DNA of 64,000 bases from Blastococcus saxobsidens DD2 (lineage in GTDB: Bacteria; Actinomycetota; Actinomycetes; Mycobacteriales; Geodermatophilaceae): NCBI RefSeq assembly GCF_000284015.1, contig NC_016943.1, positions 225,541 through 289,540 of the forward strand, written 5' to 3'. Below, piece by piece: positions 51,370 to 60,254 of this stretch. The first letter of the stretch is position 1, and each line of letters begins with the position of its first letter. The notes under the pieces were generated by a model. The model was not told the DNA's origin, searched no databases, and saw only the letters and a program-made list of their open reading frames with translations. The translations under genes and the position numbers were made by a program.

Positions 51370-52737
51370 GTGGCTGACTGGTACACCACCTTCGCCAACT
51401 CCGGCTTCGGCACCACGATCACCAAGCAGCTGGGCCTGCCGCGGCCGGCGGTGCTGCGCCGTTACGAGCCCGGCCAGCCGCTGCTGCCGGGCCCGGCGGT
51501 CGTCGGCTCGGCCGGCGACGGCCGGCTCCGCGACACGGTCACCGCCGTCCTGCGGGATGCGGGGGTGACCGTGCAGTCGCCGGTGACGGCGGACGGCGGC
51601 ACCGACGGCGCGAAGCCGGCCGCGGTGATCCTCGACGCGACCGGGGTGACCGGCCCCGGTGACCTCGCCGGCGCGCACGACTTCCTGGCCCCGGCGATCA
51701 AGCGGCTGCGGGCGTCCGGCCGGGTGCTGATCCTGGCCGCCCCGCCGACCGACGCCGACTCCCCGGCGCAGGCCGCGGCGCGGCAGGCGGTGGACGGACT
51801 GGTCCGGTCCATCGCGAAGGAGCTCCGCGGTGGCTCTACGGCCAACGCCGTCTTCGTGCCGGAAGGTGCGGAGGACTCACTGGCCGGCCCGCTCCGGTTC
51901 TTCCTCTCCGGCCGGTCCGCCTACGTCGACGGGCAGCTGCTCACCGTCTCCCCGGCCGACGTCCCGGCCGACCAGGACGAGGAGAGGCCGCTGGCCGGCA
52001 CGGTCGCCGTCGTCACCGGGGCGGCCCGGGGGATCGGCGCGGAGATCGCGAGGGTCATGGCGCGGGACGGCGCGCACGTGGTCGCCGTCGACATCCCGGC
52101 CGCGGGCGACAACCTGGCGCAGGTCGCCAACGAGATCGGCGGGACGGCGCTGCAGCTCGACATCACCGCCGCGGAAGCCCCGCAGCGGCTGGTCGAGCAC
52201 CTGCGCGAGCGGCACTCCGCGGACGGACGACAGGGCGTGGACGTGATCGTCCACAACGCCGGGATCACCCGCGACAAGCTGCTGGTGAACATGGACGCCG
52301 CCCGCTGGAACTCCGTCATGGCGGTCAACCTGCAGGCGCAGCTCGACATCACCCAGGCGCTGCTGGACAGCGACACCCTGCAGCCCGGCGCGCGCGTCGT
52401 CTGCGTCTCCTCGCAGTCGGGCATCGCCGGCAACCGCGGCCAGACCAACTACGCGGCGTCGAAGGCCGGCGTGATCGGCATGGTGCGGGCCTGGGCGCCG
52501 CTGTTCGCCGAGCGCGGCGCCACGATCAACGCCGTCGCGCCGGGCTTCATCATCACCGAGATGACGGCGACGATGCCCTTCGGCACCCGGGAGGTCGGGT
52601 CGCGGATCAACTCGCTGCAGCAGGGCGGGCTCCCGGTCGACGTCGCGGAGACGATCGCCTGGCTCGCGCAGCCGGGCAGCGCCGGGGTCAACGGGCAGAC
52701 CGTGCGGGTCTGCGGCCAGTCGATGCTGGGGGCCTGA
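51370..52737 (+). CDS. fabG4: 3-oxoacyl-ACP reductase, high-molecular-weight FabG4-like SDR
   Basis: Two-domain SDR with C-terminal TGAARGIG and NYAASKAG. Followed by htdX as in mycobacterial fabG4-htdX. Confidence 0.8.
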   Translation: MADWYTTFANSGFGTTITKQLGLPRPAVLRRYEPGQPLLPGPAVVGSAGDGRLRDTVTAVLRDAGVTVQSPVTADGGTDGAKPAAVILDATGVTGPGDLAGAHDFLAPAIKRLRASGRVLILAAPPTDADSPAQAAARQAVDGLVRSIAKELRGGSTANAVFVPEGAEDSLAGPLRFFLSGRSAYVDGQLLTVSPADVPADQDEERPLAGTVAVVTGAARGIGAEIARVMARDGAHVVAVDIPAAGDNLAQVANEIGGTALQLDITAAEAPQRLVEHLRERHSADGRQGVDVIVHNAGITRDKLLVNMDAARWNSVMAVNLQAQLDITQALLDSDTLQPGARVVCVSSQSGIAGNRGQTNYAASKAGVIGMVRAWAPLFAERGATINAVAPGFIITEMTATMPFGTREVGSRINSLQQGGLPVDVAETIAWLAQPGSAGVNGQTVRVCGQSMLGA

Positions 52738-53591
52738 TGGCGACCACCGTCCTGGAGCAGCCGCCGAACATGGCGGCGCTGTTCGCGAAGGCGGCGTTCA
52801 CCGCGCGCGGCCGGGGCGGGGACCTTTCCGATACCCGGCTGGCGCGGCACGGCGTGACCGTGGAACCCGCAAACCTCGCCGATTACGCCCGGGTGTGCCG
52901 GTTCCCGCTCGCCGACTCGCTGCCGGCCACGTACCCGCACGTGCTCACCTTCCCGCTGCAGATGGCGCTGATGAGCGACCGGTCCTTCCCGCTGGCGCTC
53001 CCGGGGCTCGTGCACGTGCGGAACCGGATCGACGTGCTCCGGCCGATCGCGGCGTCGGAGGCCCTCGACCTCGAGGTGTGGGCCGAGCGGTTCGCCACCC
53101 ACCGCAGCGGGGCGACGGTCGATCTCTGCGCGTCGGTGTCCTCCGGCGGGCAGGAGGTCTGGCGCGGGCGCTCGACCTACCTGGCCCGCGGGGCGCGGGC
53201 CCCCGAGGGAGCACCGGATTCCGATGTGACGGTGGCGGTGGGGACCCTCGACCGTGCGGCCGCCACCTGGCGGATCCCTGACGACGCCGGCCGCCGCTAC
53301 GGGAAGGTCTCCGGCGACGTGAACCCGATCCACCTCTCCGGGCTCACCGCGAAGGCGTTCGGCTTCAAGCGGGCGATCGCGCACGGCATGTGGGTGAAGG
53401 CCCGGGTGCTCGCGGCGGTGGCCAACCGGCTGCCGGATGCGCTCACCGTCGACGTCGGCTTCCGCAAGCCGCTGTTCCTGCCGTCGACGGTCACGCTCTC
53501 GACGGCGCAGGCCGACGGCGGCTGGGACGTCGCCGTCCGCAACGCGACGACCGGCACCGAGCACCTCGTGGGGACGATCCGCGCCCTCTGA
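52737..53591 (+). CDS. htdX: MaoC-family double-hotdog (R)-specific enoyl-CoA hydratase (HtdX-like)
   Basis: KVSGDVNPIHL hydratase motif. Start ATG overlaps the fabG4 stop. Confidence 0.75.
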   Translation: MATTVLEQPPNMAALFAKAAFTARGRGGDLSDTRLARHGVTVEPANLADYARVCRFPLADSLPATYPHVLTFPLQMALMSDRSFPLALPGLVHVRNRIDVLRPIAASEALDLEVWAERFATHRSGATVDLCASVSSGGQEVWRGRSTYLARGARAPEGAPDSDVTVAVGTLDRAAATWRIPDDAGRRYGKVSGDVNPIHLSGLTAKAFGFKRAIAHGMWVKARVLAAVANRLPDALTVDVGFRKPLFLPSTVTLSTAQADGGWDVAVRNATTGTEHLVGTIRAL

Positions 53592-53896
53592 CACGCGGGC
53601 GGTCCGGGCTACGCCGTCAGGACGTCGTGCGCCGTCCACGTGCGCGGAAGGAGTTGCGGTACGGCTTCGTGCTGAACTGATCCGCACAACCGGACCGGGT
53701 CGCTCTTGGCGGTTTCGGGCGTGATGAGTTCCGCTGCTGACCTGCGGTTTCCTGGCACTGGTAACGATCCGGTCACGCGCAGCCCCATGCGTTCTGCCCT
53801 GCGCGGCGGCGGATCCCGGCACCCGGCGCCGTGGTCTGGTCCCCTCGCGTCCGGACGACCGGGCCACCGCCCCGGCGTTCCGGGACCACAGAGGGA

Positions 53897-55549
53897 GTCG
53901 ACGTGCAGCTCACGTTCCCGTCTCGTCGTGCGCTCGGCCTGGTGGCCCTGAGCGCGGTCGGGATGTCCACCGCAGTGCTCGGCGTCCCGGGAACGGCCCA
54001 GGCGGCCACCACCCCTGTCGTCGCGGTCGCCTTCGACGACTCGGCCGGCACCTACGAGGTGCTGCCGGGTTACTGCTCCATCACCTGGACCGTCGTCGGC
54101 GGCCACGGTGGGGCCACCGGCGAGGGCGCGCCCGGTGCGCCCGGCGGCAGGCTCGTGGTGACCACCGCCGCGTTCGAGGGGGACGTGTTCGGGCTCGGCC
54201 GCGGAGCGGACGGCGCCCCCGGGACCACGGACCCGGCCCCGGGCGGGGTGAACCCGATCGGCGGGGGCGGCTTCGATGGCCAGAACGGGGTCGGCGCCTC
54301 CGGTGGCGGCGGAGCCGCCTCCGTGGTCACCCAGGGCGAGGCGGTCGCGCTGATCGCCTCGGGTGGGAAGGGTGCGGAGTTCAACGCCGGCTCGAACGAC
54401 GGCGGAGCCGGTGGCTACGGCTCGAACCTCATCAACACCACACCGATCGGCACCCCCACCGACACGACCGCCGAGCCGGGTGCGGCCGGATCCGTCAGCG
54501 GTGTCGCCAACCCCTGCGCCGTGCCGAACGCTCCGACCGGCCTCTGGGTCACGGCCGGGGACCGCTCCATCGACCTCTATTTCGAGGAGGGTGACTTCGA
54601 CTGGGACACTATGGCCGAGGTGACCGGCTGGGACGCCAGCACCGACGGCGGCACCACGTGGCAGGCGCTGGACGCCACCGGGGCCTTCGGCTCGTGGAGC
54701 GCCACCGTCACCGGTCTGACCAACGGCACGACCTACAGCGTCACGGTCCGCGCCGACAGCGCCGCCGGCCCCGGTGCGGCCAGCGCCGCGGTGAGCGCGG
54801 CGCCCGCCGCTCCGGCCGGTGCGCCGACGAACGTCGTCGCGAAGGCCGGCCCGTCCTCGATCACGGTGACCTGGAACCCGCCGGCGTCCGCCGGCACGTA
54901 CCCGATCGCCGGGTACGTGGTGGGCTGGGGTGCCGGTGAGCGCGGGGACCTGGCCTGCGAGGTCGACGTGGATCAGCCGCGCGTCTGCGTCTTCCCGGCG
55001 GAGCCGGGCGCGGAGTACGGGGTCACGGTCTTCGCCGTGGACACCGAGGGCAACGTCGGTACTCCTTCGGCGGTCGTGCCCGCCGGCGTGATCCCGGCCC
55101 CCACCGTCCCGGCCACGGTGCCGGCGTCGGACGGCGCCCTCGGTCGCCCGGCCGGTGCGACCGGTCCGGTCACGGCCGGCAAGGAGATCACGCTGACCGG
55201 CACCGGCTACCTGCCGAACTCGACCGTCACCGTGGTCATCTACTCCGAGCCGCAGGTGCTCACGCAGGTCGTCACCGACGCCACCGGCTCGTTCACCGCG
55301 ACGGTGACCGTCCCGGCCGGTCTGGCCGACGGTGAGCACACGCTCGTCGGCTCGGGCGTCGACCCGGCCGGGAACCTGCGCTACCTGACGCTGCCGGTCA
55401 CGGTCGTCGGCGGCACGGCCACCGCGACCGGGGCTGCTGTGCTCGCCGACACCGGTGCCGACATCGCGCTGCCGCTGGCCGGCGGGGCGGCTGCCCTCCT
55501 GCTCGGTGGTGGCCTGCTCGTCGCCTCCCGGCGCCGCGCGACCGCCTGA
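53897..55549 (+). CDS. secreted cell-surface protein with fibronectin type III repeats and a C-terminal LAxTG sorting signal
   Basis: Signal peptide ending AQA. FN3-like PxAPTGLxV repeats. C-terminal LADTG plus a hydrophobic helix and RRRATA tail. Confidence 0.65.
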   Translation, partial: VDVQLTFPSRRALGLVALSAVGMSTAVLGVPGTAQAATTPVVAVAFDDSAGTYEVLPGYCSITWTVVGGHGGATGEGAPGAPGGRLVVTTAAFEGDVFGLGRGADGAPGTTDPAPGGVNPIGGGGFDGQNGVGASGGGGAASVVTQGEAVALIASGGKGAEFNAGSNDGGAGGYGSNLINTTPIGTPTDTTAEPGAAGSVSGVANPCAVPNAPTGLWVTAGDRSIDLYFEEGDFDWDTMAEVTGWDASTDGGTTWQALDATGAFGSWSATVTGLTNGTTYSVTVRADSAAGPGAASAAVSAAPAAPAGAPTNVVAKAGPSSITVTWNPPASAGTYPIAGYVVGWGAGERGDLACEVDVDQPRVCVFPAEPGAEYGVTVFAVDTEGNVGTPSAVVPAGVIPAPTVPATVPASDGALGRPAGATGPVTAGKEITLTGTGYLPNSTVTVVIYSEPQVLTQVVTDATGSFTATVTVPAGLADGEHTLVGSGVDPAGNLRYLTLPVTVVGGTATATGAAVLADTGADIALPLAGGAAALLLGGGLLVASRRRATA

Positions 55550-55799
55550 CGCACACCTGACCGGCAGCCGCCGGTCACCACGGGCCCGGGTTCCGCCGCC
55601 GACGGCGGGGTCCGGGCCCCCGGCGTTCCTGGGGCCCGGCCCAGCGTCGCCTCGCGGACCGCTTCGGCGCCACCTCATCCGTCCCACCGGCCACGGCCCT
55701 CCGGCGCAGCCCCGCGCGTCCCGCGGCGAGGCGGTGGCCGCGCCTAGCATTCCCAGCCGGCTGTCACGACCCGAACGCGGAAGGGGGGACCGACCGTTG

Positions 55800-56594
55800 A
55801 TGAGCGACACGCAGCCCATCGAGCGGGTGCCCCCACCGCCACCGCCGCCGCCGGCTGTCCGGCCTGCCCCGGGCCGCTGGCGCGCCGTCGCCCAGGGGAC
55901 CGGGGAGCTGCTGGTCACCGGCGGGCTGGTCGTCCTGCTGTTCGTCGGCTACGAGGTCTACGTCACCGACCTGCTGACCGAGCGCCGGCAGGACCAGCTG
56001 AGCGTGGAACTGCACGAGCGGTGGGAGGAGGACGCCCCCGCGGAGGCCGGGCTGGTGCAGGTCGAGATCGGCGACGCCTTCGGTGTCCTGCGCATCCCGC
56101 GGCTGGGCGAGGACTACGCCCGCGTGATCCTCGAGGGGACCACCGAGGCCGAGCTGTCGCAGGGCCCGGGCCACTACGCCGGGACGGCGATGCCCGGTGA
56201 GCCGGGCAACGTGGCGCTCGCCGGTCACCGCGTGGGCAAGGGCTCGCCGTTCCTGGAGCTGGACCTCGTGCAGCCCGGTGACCCGATCGTCGTGGAGACG
56301 GCCGACAGCTGGTTCGTCTACCGGGTGCTCGGGAACGCCGCGACCGGCAACGTCGACACCGACCCCAGCGGCATCCCGGGCCGCCACATCGTCCGGCCGG
56401 AGACGATCGAGGTCATCTCCCCGACGCCGAACGCGAGCGCCGACGCGGCCCCGACCGGCGCCTATCTGACCCTGACCACCTGCCACCCCCGGTTCTCCGC
56501 GCGCCAGCGGCTGATCGTCCACGCCCGCCTGGACGGCGCCGGCATCCCGAAGGCCGAGATGCCCGACGGCCCGCCGGCGCTGCGCGAGAGCTGA
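55800..56594 (+). CDS. srtE: class E sortase
   Basis: N-terminal TM. Catalytic His AGHR and Cys LTLTTCHP. Adjacent to an LAxTG substrate. Confidence 0.8.
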   Translation: MSDTQPIERVPPPPPPPPAVRPAPGRWRAVAQGTGELLVTGGLVVLLFVGYEVYVTDLLTERRQDQLSVELHERWEEDAPAEAGLVQVEIGDAFGVLRIPRLGEDYARVILEGTTEAELSQGPGHYAGTAMPGEPGNVALAGHRVGKGSPFLELDLVQPGDPIVVETADSWFVYRVLGNAATGNVDTDPSGIPGRHIVRPETIEVISPTPNASADAAPTGAYLTLTTCHPRFSARQRLIVHARLDGAGIPKAEMPDGPPALRES

Positions 56595-56608
56595 ACGGAG
56601 CACACCCG

Positions 56609-56767
56609 ATGTACCCCTGGATCTGGCGGCACCTCCCCGGCGGCGCCGGCCTGAAGGCGGTGCAGGCGCTCGTGCTCGTGCTCGCCGTCTGCGCGCTGCT
56701 GCTGTTCGTCGTCTTCCCGTGGGTGGAGCCCCGGCTGCCGTTCAACGACGTCACCGTCGGCAGCTGA
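56609..56767 (+). CDS. small hydrophobic protein (52 aa), below the ORF-track length cutoff
   Basis: ATG with GGAG 8 nt upstream. One TM helix (VQALVLVLAVCALLLFVVF). Sits immediately after the sortase gene. Confidence 0.35.
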   Translation: MYPWIWRHLPGGAGLKAVQALVLVLAVCALLLFVVFPWVEPRLPFNDVTVGS

Positions 56768-56777
56768 CCCGGCGGGC

Positions 56778-57818
56778 TCAGCCCGGCAGGGCGGCGAGGA
56801 CGGCGTCCAGCACCCGTGCGGCACCGAAGCGCACGACGTCGTCGGCCACGAGGCCCGTCTCCGCGGCGGCGTCGTCGACCGCTCGCCGCGCGGCGGCGTC
56901 GTCCAGGCCCGCGGTGTTCAGCGCCACGGCGGCGACCCGCGCGGGCCGCACCCACCCGGCGGCCTGCTCGTACCCGCGGACGATCTCGGGCAGCGGCGGG
57001 AGGGCCGTGCCGGGGTAGTCGAAGACGGCGGTCCGCCCCGCCCGGTGGCACAGCACCAGCGCGTCGGCCGATGACCCGTGCAGCAGGCCGAGCGTCACGC
57101 CCGAGTAGGCCGGGTGGTAGATCGAGCCCTGCCCTTCCAGCCAGAGCAGGTCGCCGCGGTCCGCCCCCTCGCGGACCAGGCGGTCGGCCGCTCCGGCGAC
57201 GAAGTCGGAGATCACGTGGTCGACGGCCATGCCCCAGCCGGAGATGGCGACGCCGGTCTGCCCGGTGGCCACGAACACCGAGCCGAGCCCGCGGGCACGC
57301 GCGGCCCGGTCCAGCTCTAGGACGACGCTCATCTTCCCGATGGCGCAGTCGGAGCCGACCGTGTGGACGACCTGCGCCCCGACCGGCTCGGCGAGCGGGA
57401 CACCCAGGTCGGCCGGTACCGCGCGCAGGTCCCGGATCCCGACCCCGGCCGCCCGGGCCGCGGCCGCCAGCTCCGGATCGGCGCCGAGGTCGGTGTGCAG
57501 CCCCGCCTCGACGTGCAGGCCCATCCGGAGCGCCGCCAGCAGCGTCTCCCGCCAGGCGGCCGTCAGCCGGCCACCGAGCGGCGCGACGCCCAGCAGCACC
57601 GTCGTCGCGCCCAGGTCCCGGGCCGTCGCGACGTCGGCGACCACGGGGGCGGGGGAGGCGCAGAAGGGGACGACGTCCACGGCCGGCCGCCCGGCGTGCA
57701 CGGGGTCTATCACGCAGACCACCTCGCGGGTGCCGTAGCGCAGCACCCCGTGCGCGGTCTTGGCGTAGGACTCGGCGAGCTGCCCGCCGGTCAGGACGGC
57801 CAGCCGCTCCCCGCTCAC
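56778..57818 (-). CDS. DUF1611-family protein (DgcN-like putative N-acetyltransferase)
   Basis: About 347 aa. DUF1611 architecture. GTG start overlaps the epimerase stop (GTGA). Confidence 0.65.
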   Translation of the reverse strand: MSGERLAVLTGGQLAESYAKTAHGVLRYGTREVVCVIDPVHAGRPAVDVVPFCASPAPVVADVATARDLGATTVLLGVAPLGGRLTAAWRETLLAALRMGLHVEAGLHTDLGADPELAAAARAAGVGIRDLRAVPADLGVPLAEPVGAQVVHTVGSDCAIGKMSVVLELDRAARARGLGSVFVATGQTGVAISGWGMAVDHVISDFVAGAADRLVREGADRGDLLWLEGQGSIYHPAYSGVTLGLLHGSSADALVLCHRAGRTAVFDYPGTALPPLPEIVRGYEQAAGWVRPARVAAVALNTAGLDDAAARRAVDDAAAETGLVADDVVRFGAARVLDAVLAALPG

Positions 57819-58834
57819 GCCGCCTCCTCGGCGACGAGCCCGAGGCCGGGCGCGTCGGGCAGCACCAGCCGCCCGTCGTCGAGCCCCAGCCCGGTGAACG
57901 GCCGGTCGCTGATCAGCAGGTGGGCGTCGAGGTCGATCAGGTCCGCCAGCGCGCCGAGCTGCGCGGCCTGGGCGATCCCGAGCTGCGACTCGATCATGCA
58001 GCCCAGCATCACCCGCAGGTCCAGCGCGGCGGCCGCGGCCAGCATGCGCTGCGCCTCGCGGATGCCGCCGCACTTGGCCAGCTTGACCACGATGCCGTCG
58101 GCGTAGCCGGCCACGGCGGCCACCGATCCGAGGTCCTTGCAGCCCTCGTCGACGAAGACCGGCAGCCGGCCCGGCAGCTCGCGGTAGCGCGCGAAGGAGT
58201 CGAGGTCGGCCGCCGGGAAGGGCTGCTCGACCATCTCGACGCCGAGCTCCCGCAGGCGCGGGGTGAGGTCGCGGGCCTCCTCGAACGTCCAGCCCTCGTT
58301 GCCGTCGATCCGCAGCCGGGCGCCGCATGCCGACCGGATCGCCTCCAGCCGGGCCAGGTCGCCCGGCCCGCCGACCTTCACCTTGTAGACGGCGAAGCCC
58401 GGCGCCCGCCGCACCCGGGCGACCGTCTCCTCCACCGTCGAGATGCCGATCGTGAAACTGGTCGGCGGGGCGACGCCGTCGAGGCCCAGCAGCCGCCACA
58501 CCGGCAGGCCGTACCGGCGGCCGACCCAGTCGTGCGCGGCGCCGTCCAGGGCCATCTTCGCGCCCTGGGGCCCGTTCCAGGCGCGCAGCCGGCGGGCGAT
58601 GCCCTCGAGATCGCGCAGGTCGTCGCCGAGCAGGGCGGCGCCGTCGGCGGCGACGGCCTCGGCCATGGTCGCCACCGACTCGCCCCAGTACTCGACCGGC
58701 GCCCCCTCGCCGTGTCCGCGCACACCGGCGGCGTCGACCGCGACGACGAGCACCTCCTGGGTGTCCACGGACGACCGCGCGATGGTGAAGGTGTCGCGCA
58801 GGTGCAGCGTCCGGGGGCGGCAGGTGAGGTCCAC
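57815..58834 (-). CDS. dipeptide epimerase (enolase superfamily, DgcA / Ala-Glu epimerase-like)
   Basis: Enolase-superfamily barrel with the acid/base KVKVG and metal ligands in IDGNEGW and FVDEG. Confidence 0.75.
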   Translation of the reverse strand: MDLTCRPRTLHLRDTFTIARSSVDTQEVLVVAVDAAGVRGHGEGAPVEYWGESVATMAEAVAADGAALLGDDLRDLEGIARRLRAWNGPQGAKMALDGAAHDWVGRRYGLPVWRLLGLDGVAPPTSFTIGISTVEETVARVRRAPGFAVYKVKVGGPGDLARLEAIRSACGARLRIDGNEGWTFEEARDLTPRLRELGVEMVEQPFPAADLDSFARYRELPGRLPVFVDEGCKDLGSVAAVAGYADGIVVKLAKCGGIREAQRMLAAAAALDLRVMLGCMIESQLGIAQAAQLGALADLIDLDAHLLISDRPFTGLGLDDGRLVLPDAPGLGLVAEEAA

Positions 58835-58892
58835 CCGCGCAGTCTCCCGGCCGCGGACCGGGTTGTCCCGGGAACGGAACGCGACGCCGGGG

Positions 58893-60080
58893 CTACCGGT
58901 TGCGGCCCAGCTGGTCGTGGCTGGTCACCCAGTCGCCGGCCAGGATCGCCGAGGTCAGCGAGATGTCGCCGGCGAGGACGACGCCGGCGCAGATCTCGGC
59001 GAACTTCTGCACCTTGTCCTGGCCGTAGCAGCCGAGCATCTCGAGGCACTCCCGCTGCGTGGGCAGCCCGGTGCCACCGCCGTAGGTCGCGACGATGAGC
59101 GAGGTGAGCGTCGTCGACCAGTAGTAGTCGCCGTTCTCCAGCAGCTGGGTGTAGGTGACCCCGGAGTGCGACTCGGCGACGTTGGCGGCGTCCTGCCCGG
59201 TGGCGATGAACATCGCGGTCAGGCCGTTGGCCGCGTGCGCGCCGTTGTAGGCGGCGCCGGACATGAAGGCCCCGGCCATGCCGATCTGCCGGTACTCGAA
59301 CAGCTGCCGGGTGTCGACGCCGGTGACCCGCTTCAGCACCTCGTTCGGGATCGTCACCTCGGCGACGACCCGCTTGCCGCGGGTCATGAGCATGTTGATC
59401 TGCGAGTGCTTCTTGTCGGTGTCGATCGCGCCGGAGAGCACGTAGCGCGGGTGGTCGGGGTGGTTCTCGCGGATCCACTCGCAGGCCGCCAGCGTCGCCT
59501 TGCCGGTCATGTTCTGCCCGGCGGCGTCCCCGGTCGTGTAGTTGACCCGCAGGTAGCGCAGCGGGCCGATCTGGTGCTGGCCGATGTAGGTGAGCTTCCC
59601 CGAGCGGGTGGTCGACTCCGCCGCCGTCCGGATGCCGTCGAGGTTCTCGTCCACCCAGCGGCCGAACTCCCGGGCATCGAGCGCGTTGTCGAACAGAAAG
59701 GCGGGCGCGCGTTGCATGTGGTCGTCGACGACCGTGGTCCGCACGCCGCCGGCCTCGCCGATCAGCCGCATGCCGCGGTTGTAGCTGGCCACCAGCGTGC
59801 CCTCGGTCGTGGCCAGCGGCACGAAGAAGTCGCCGCGGGCGTGCTCGCCCCGCACGGTCAGCGGCCCGGCCACGCCGATGGGCACCTGGGCGACGCCGGT
59901 GAAGTTCTCGACGTTGCCCGGCAGGGCGGCCGGGTCGATGGAGTAGCGGCCGACGTGCTCCAGCCCCGCGCCGGTCTGCTCGGCGACGAAGGCCTGCCGC
60001 TTGTGCGCCATCTCGTCGGTGTAGTCGTGCTCCCGGTCGCGGGGGATGCGGGCACGGTGCGAGGAGTGGGCGTCGGTCAT
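58893..60080 (-). CDS. hmgR: hydroxymethylglutaryl-CoA reductase (class I catalytic domain, soluble)
   Basis: HMGR motifs: EGTLVAS, DAAGQNM (DAMGMN-type), and GTVGG-like GGGTG. About 395 aa. Confidence 0.8.
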   Translation of the reverse strand: MTDAHSSHRARIPRDREHDYTDEMAHKRQAFVAEQTGAGLEHVGRYSIDPAALPGNVENFTGVAQVPIGVAGPLTVRGEHARGDFFVPLATTEGTLVASYNRGMRLIGEAGGVRTTVVDDHMQRAPAFLFDNALDAREFGRWVDENLDGIRTAAESTTRSGKLTYIGQHQIGPLRYLRVNYTTGDAAGQNMTGKATLAACEWIRENHPDHPRYVLSGAIDTDKKHSQINMLMTRGKRVVAEVTIPNEVLKRVTGVDTRQLFEYRQIGMAGAFMSGAAYNGAHAANGLTAMFIATGQDAANVAESHSGVTYTQLLENGDYYWSTTLTSLIVATYGGGTGLPTQRECLEMLGCYGQDKVQKFAEICAGVVLAGDISLTSAILAGDWVTSHDQLGRNR

Positions 60081-60254
60081 GGGGACCTCTCCGGTACGGC
60101 GGTGTGGTGGGCTCCAGTGTGAGCTGAGTCACCCGGTGTCGCTCGTTCGCCGACGGATCTCGAACCGGCAACGATCTCGCGGGTTCAGGTCGCCAACCTG
60201 CGAGGACGGGAGCAAGGTCGGGGTGGACGACCTGCCCCGACCCCGGAGGTTCCC

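Noticed and set aside
53609-55918. 769-aa minus-strand ORF opposite the FN3 surface protein and sortase
   Set aside because: It is antisense to two genes with clear motifs (LAxTG, TLTTC) and has low-complexity composition.
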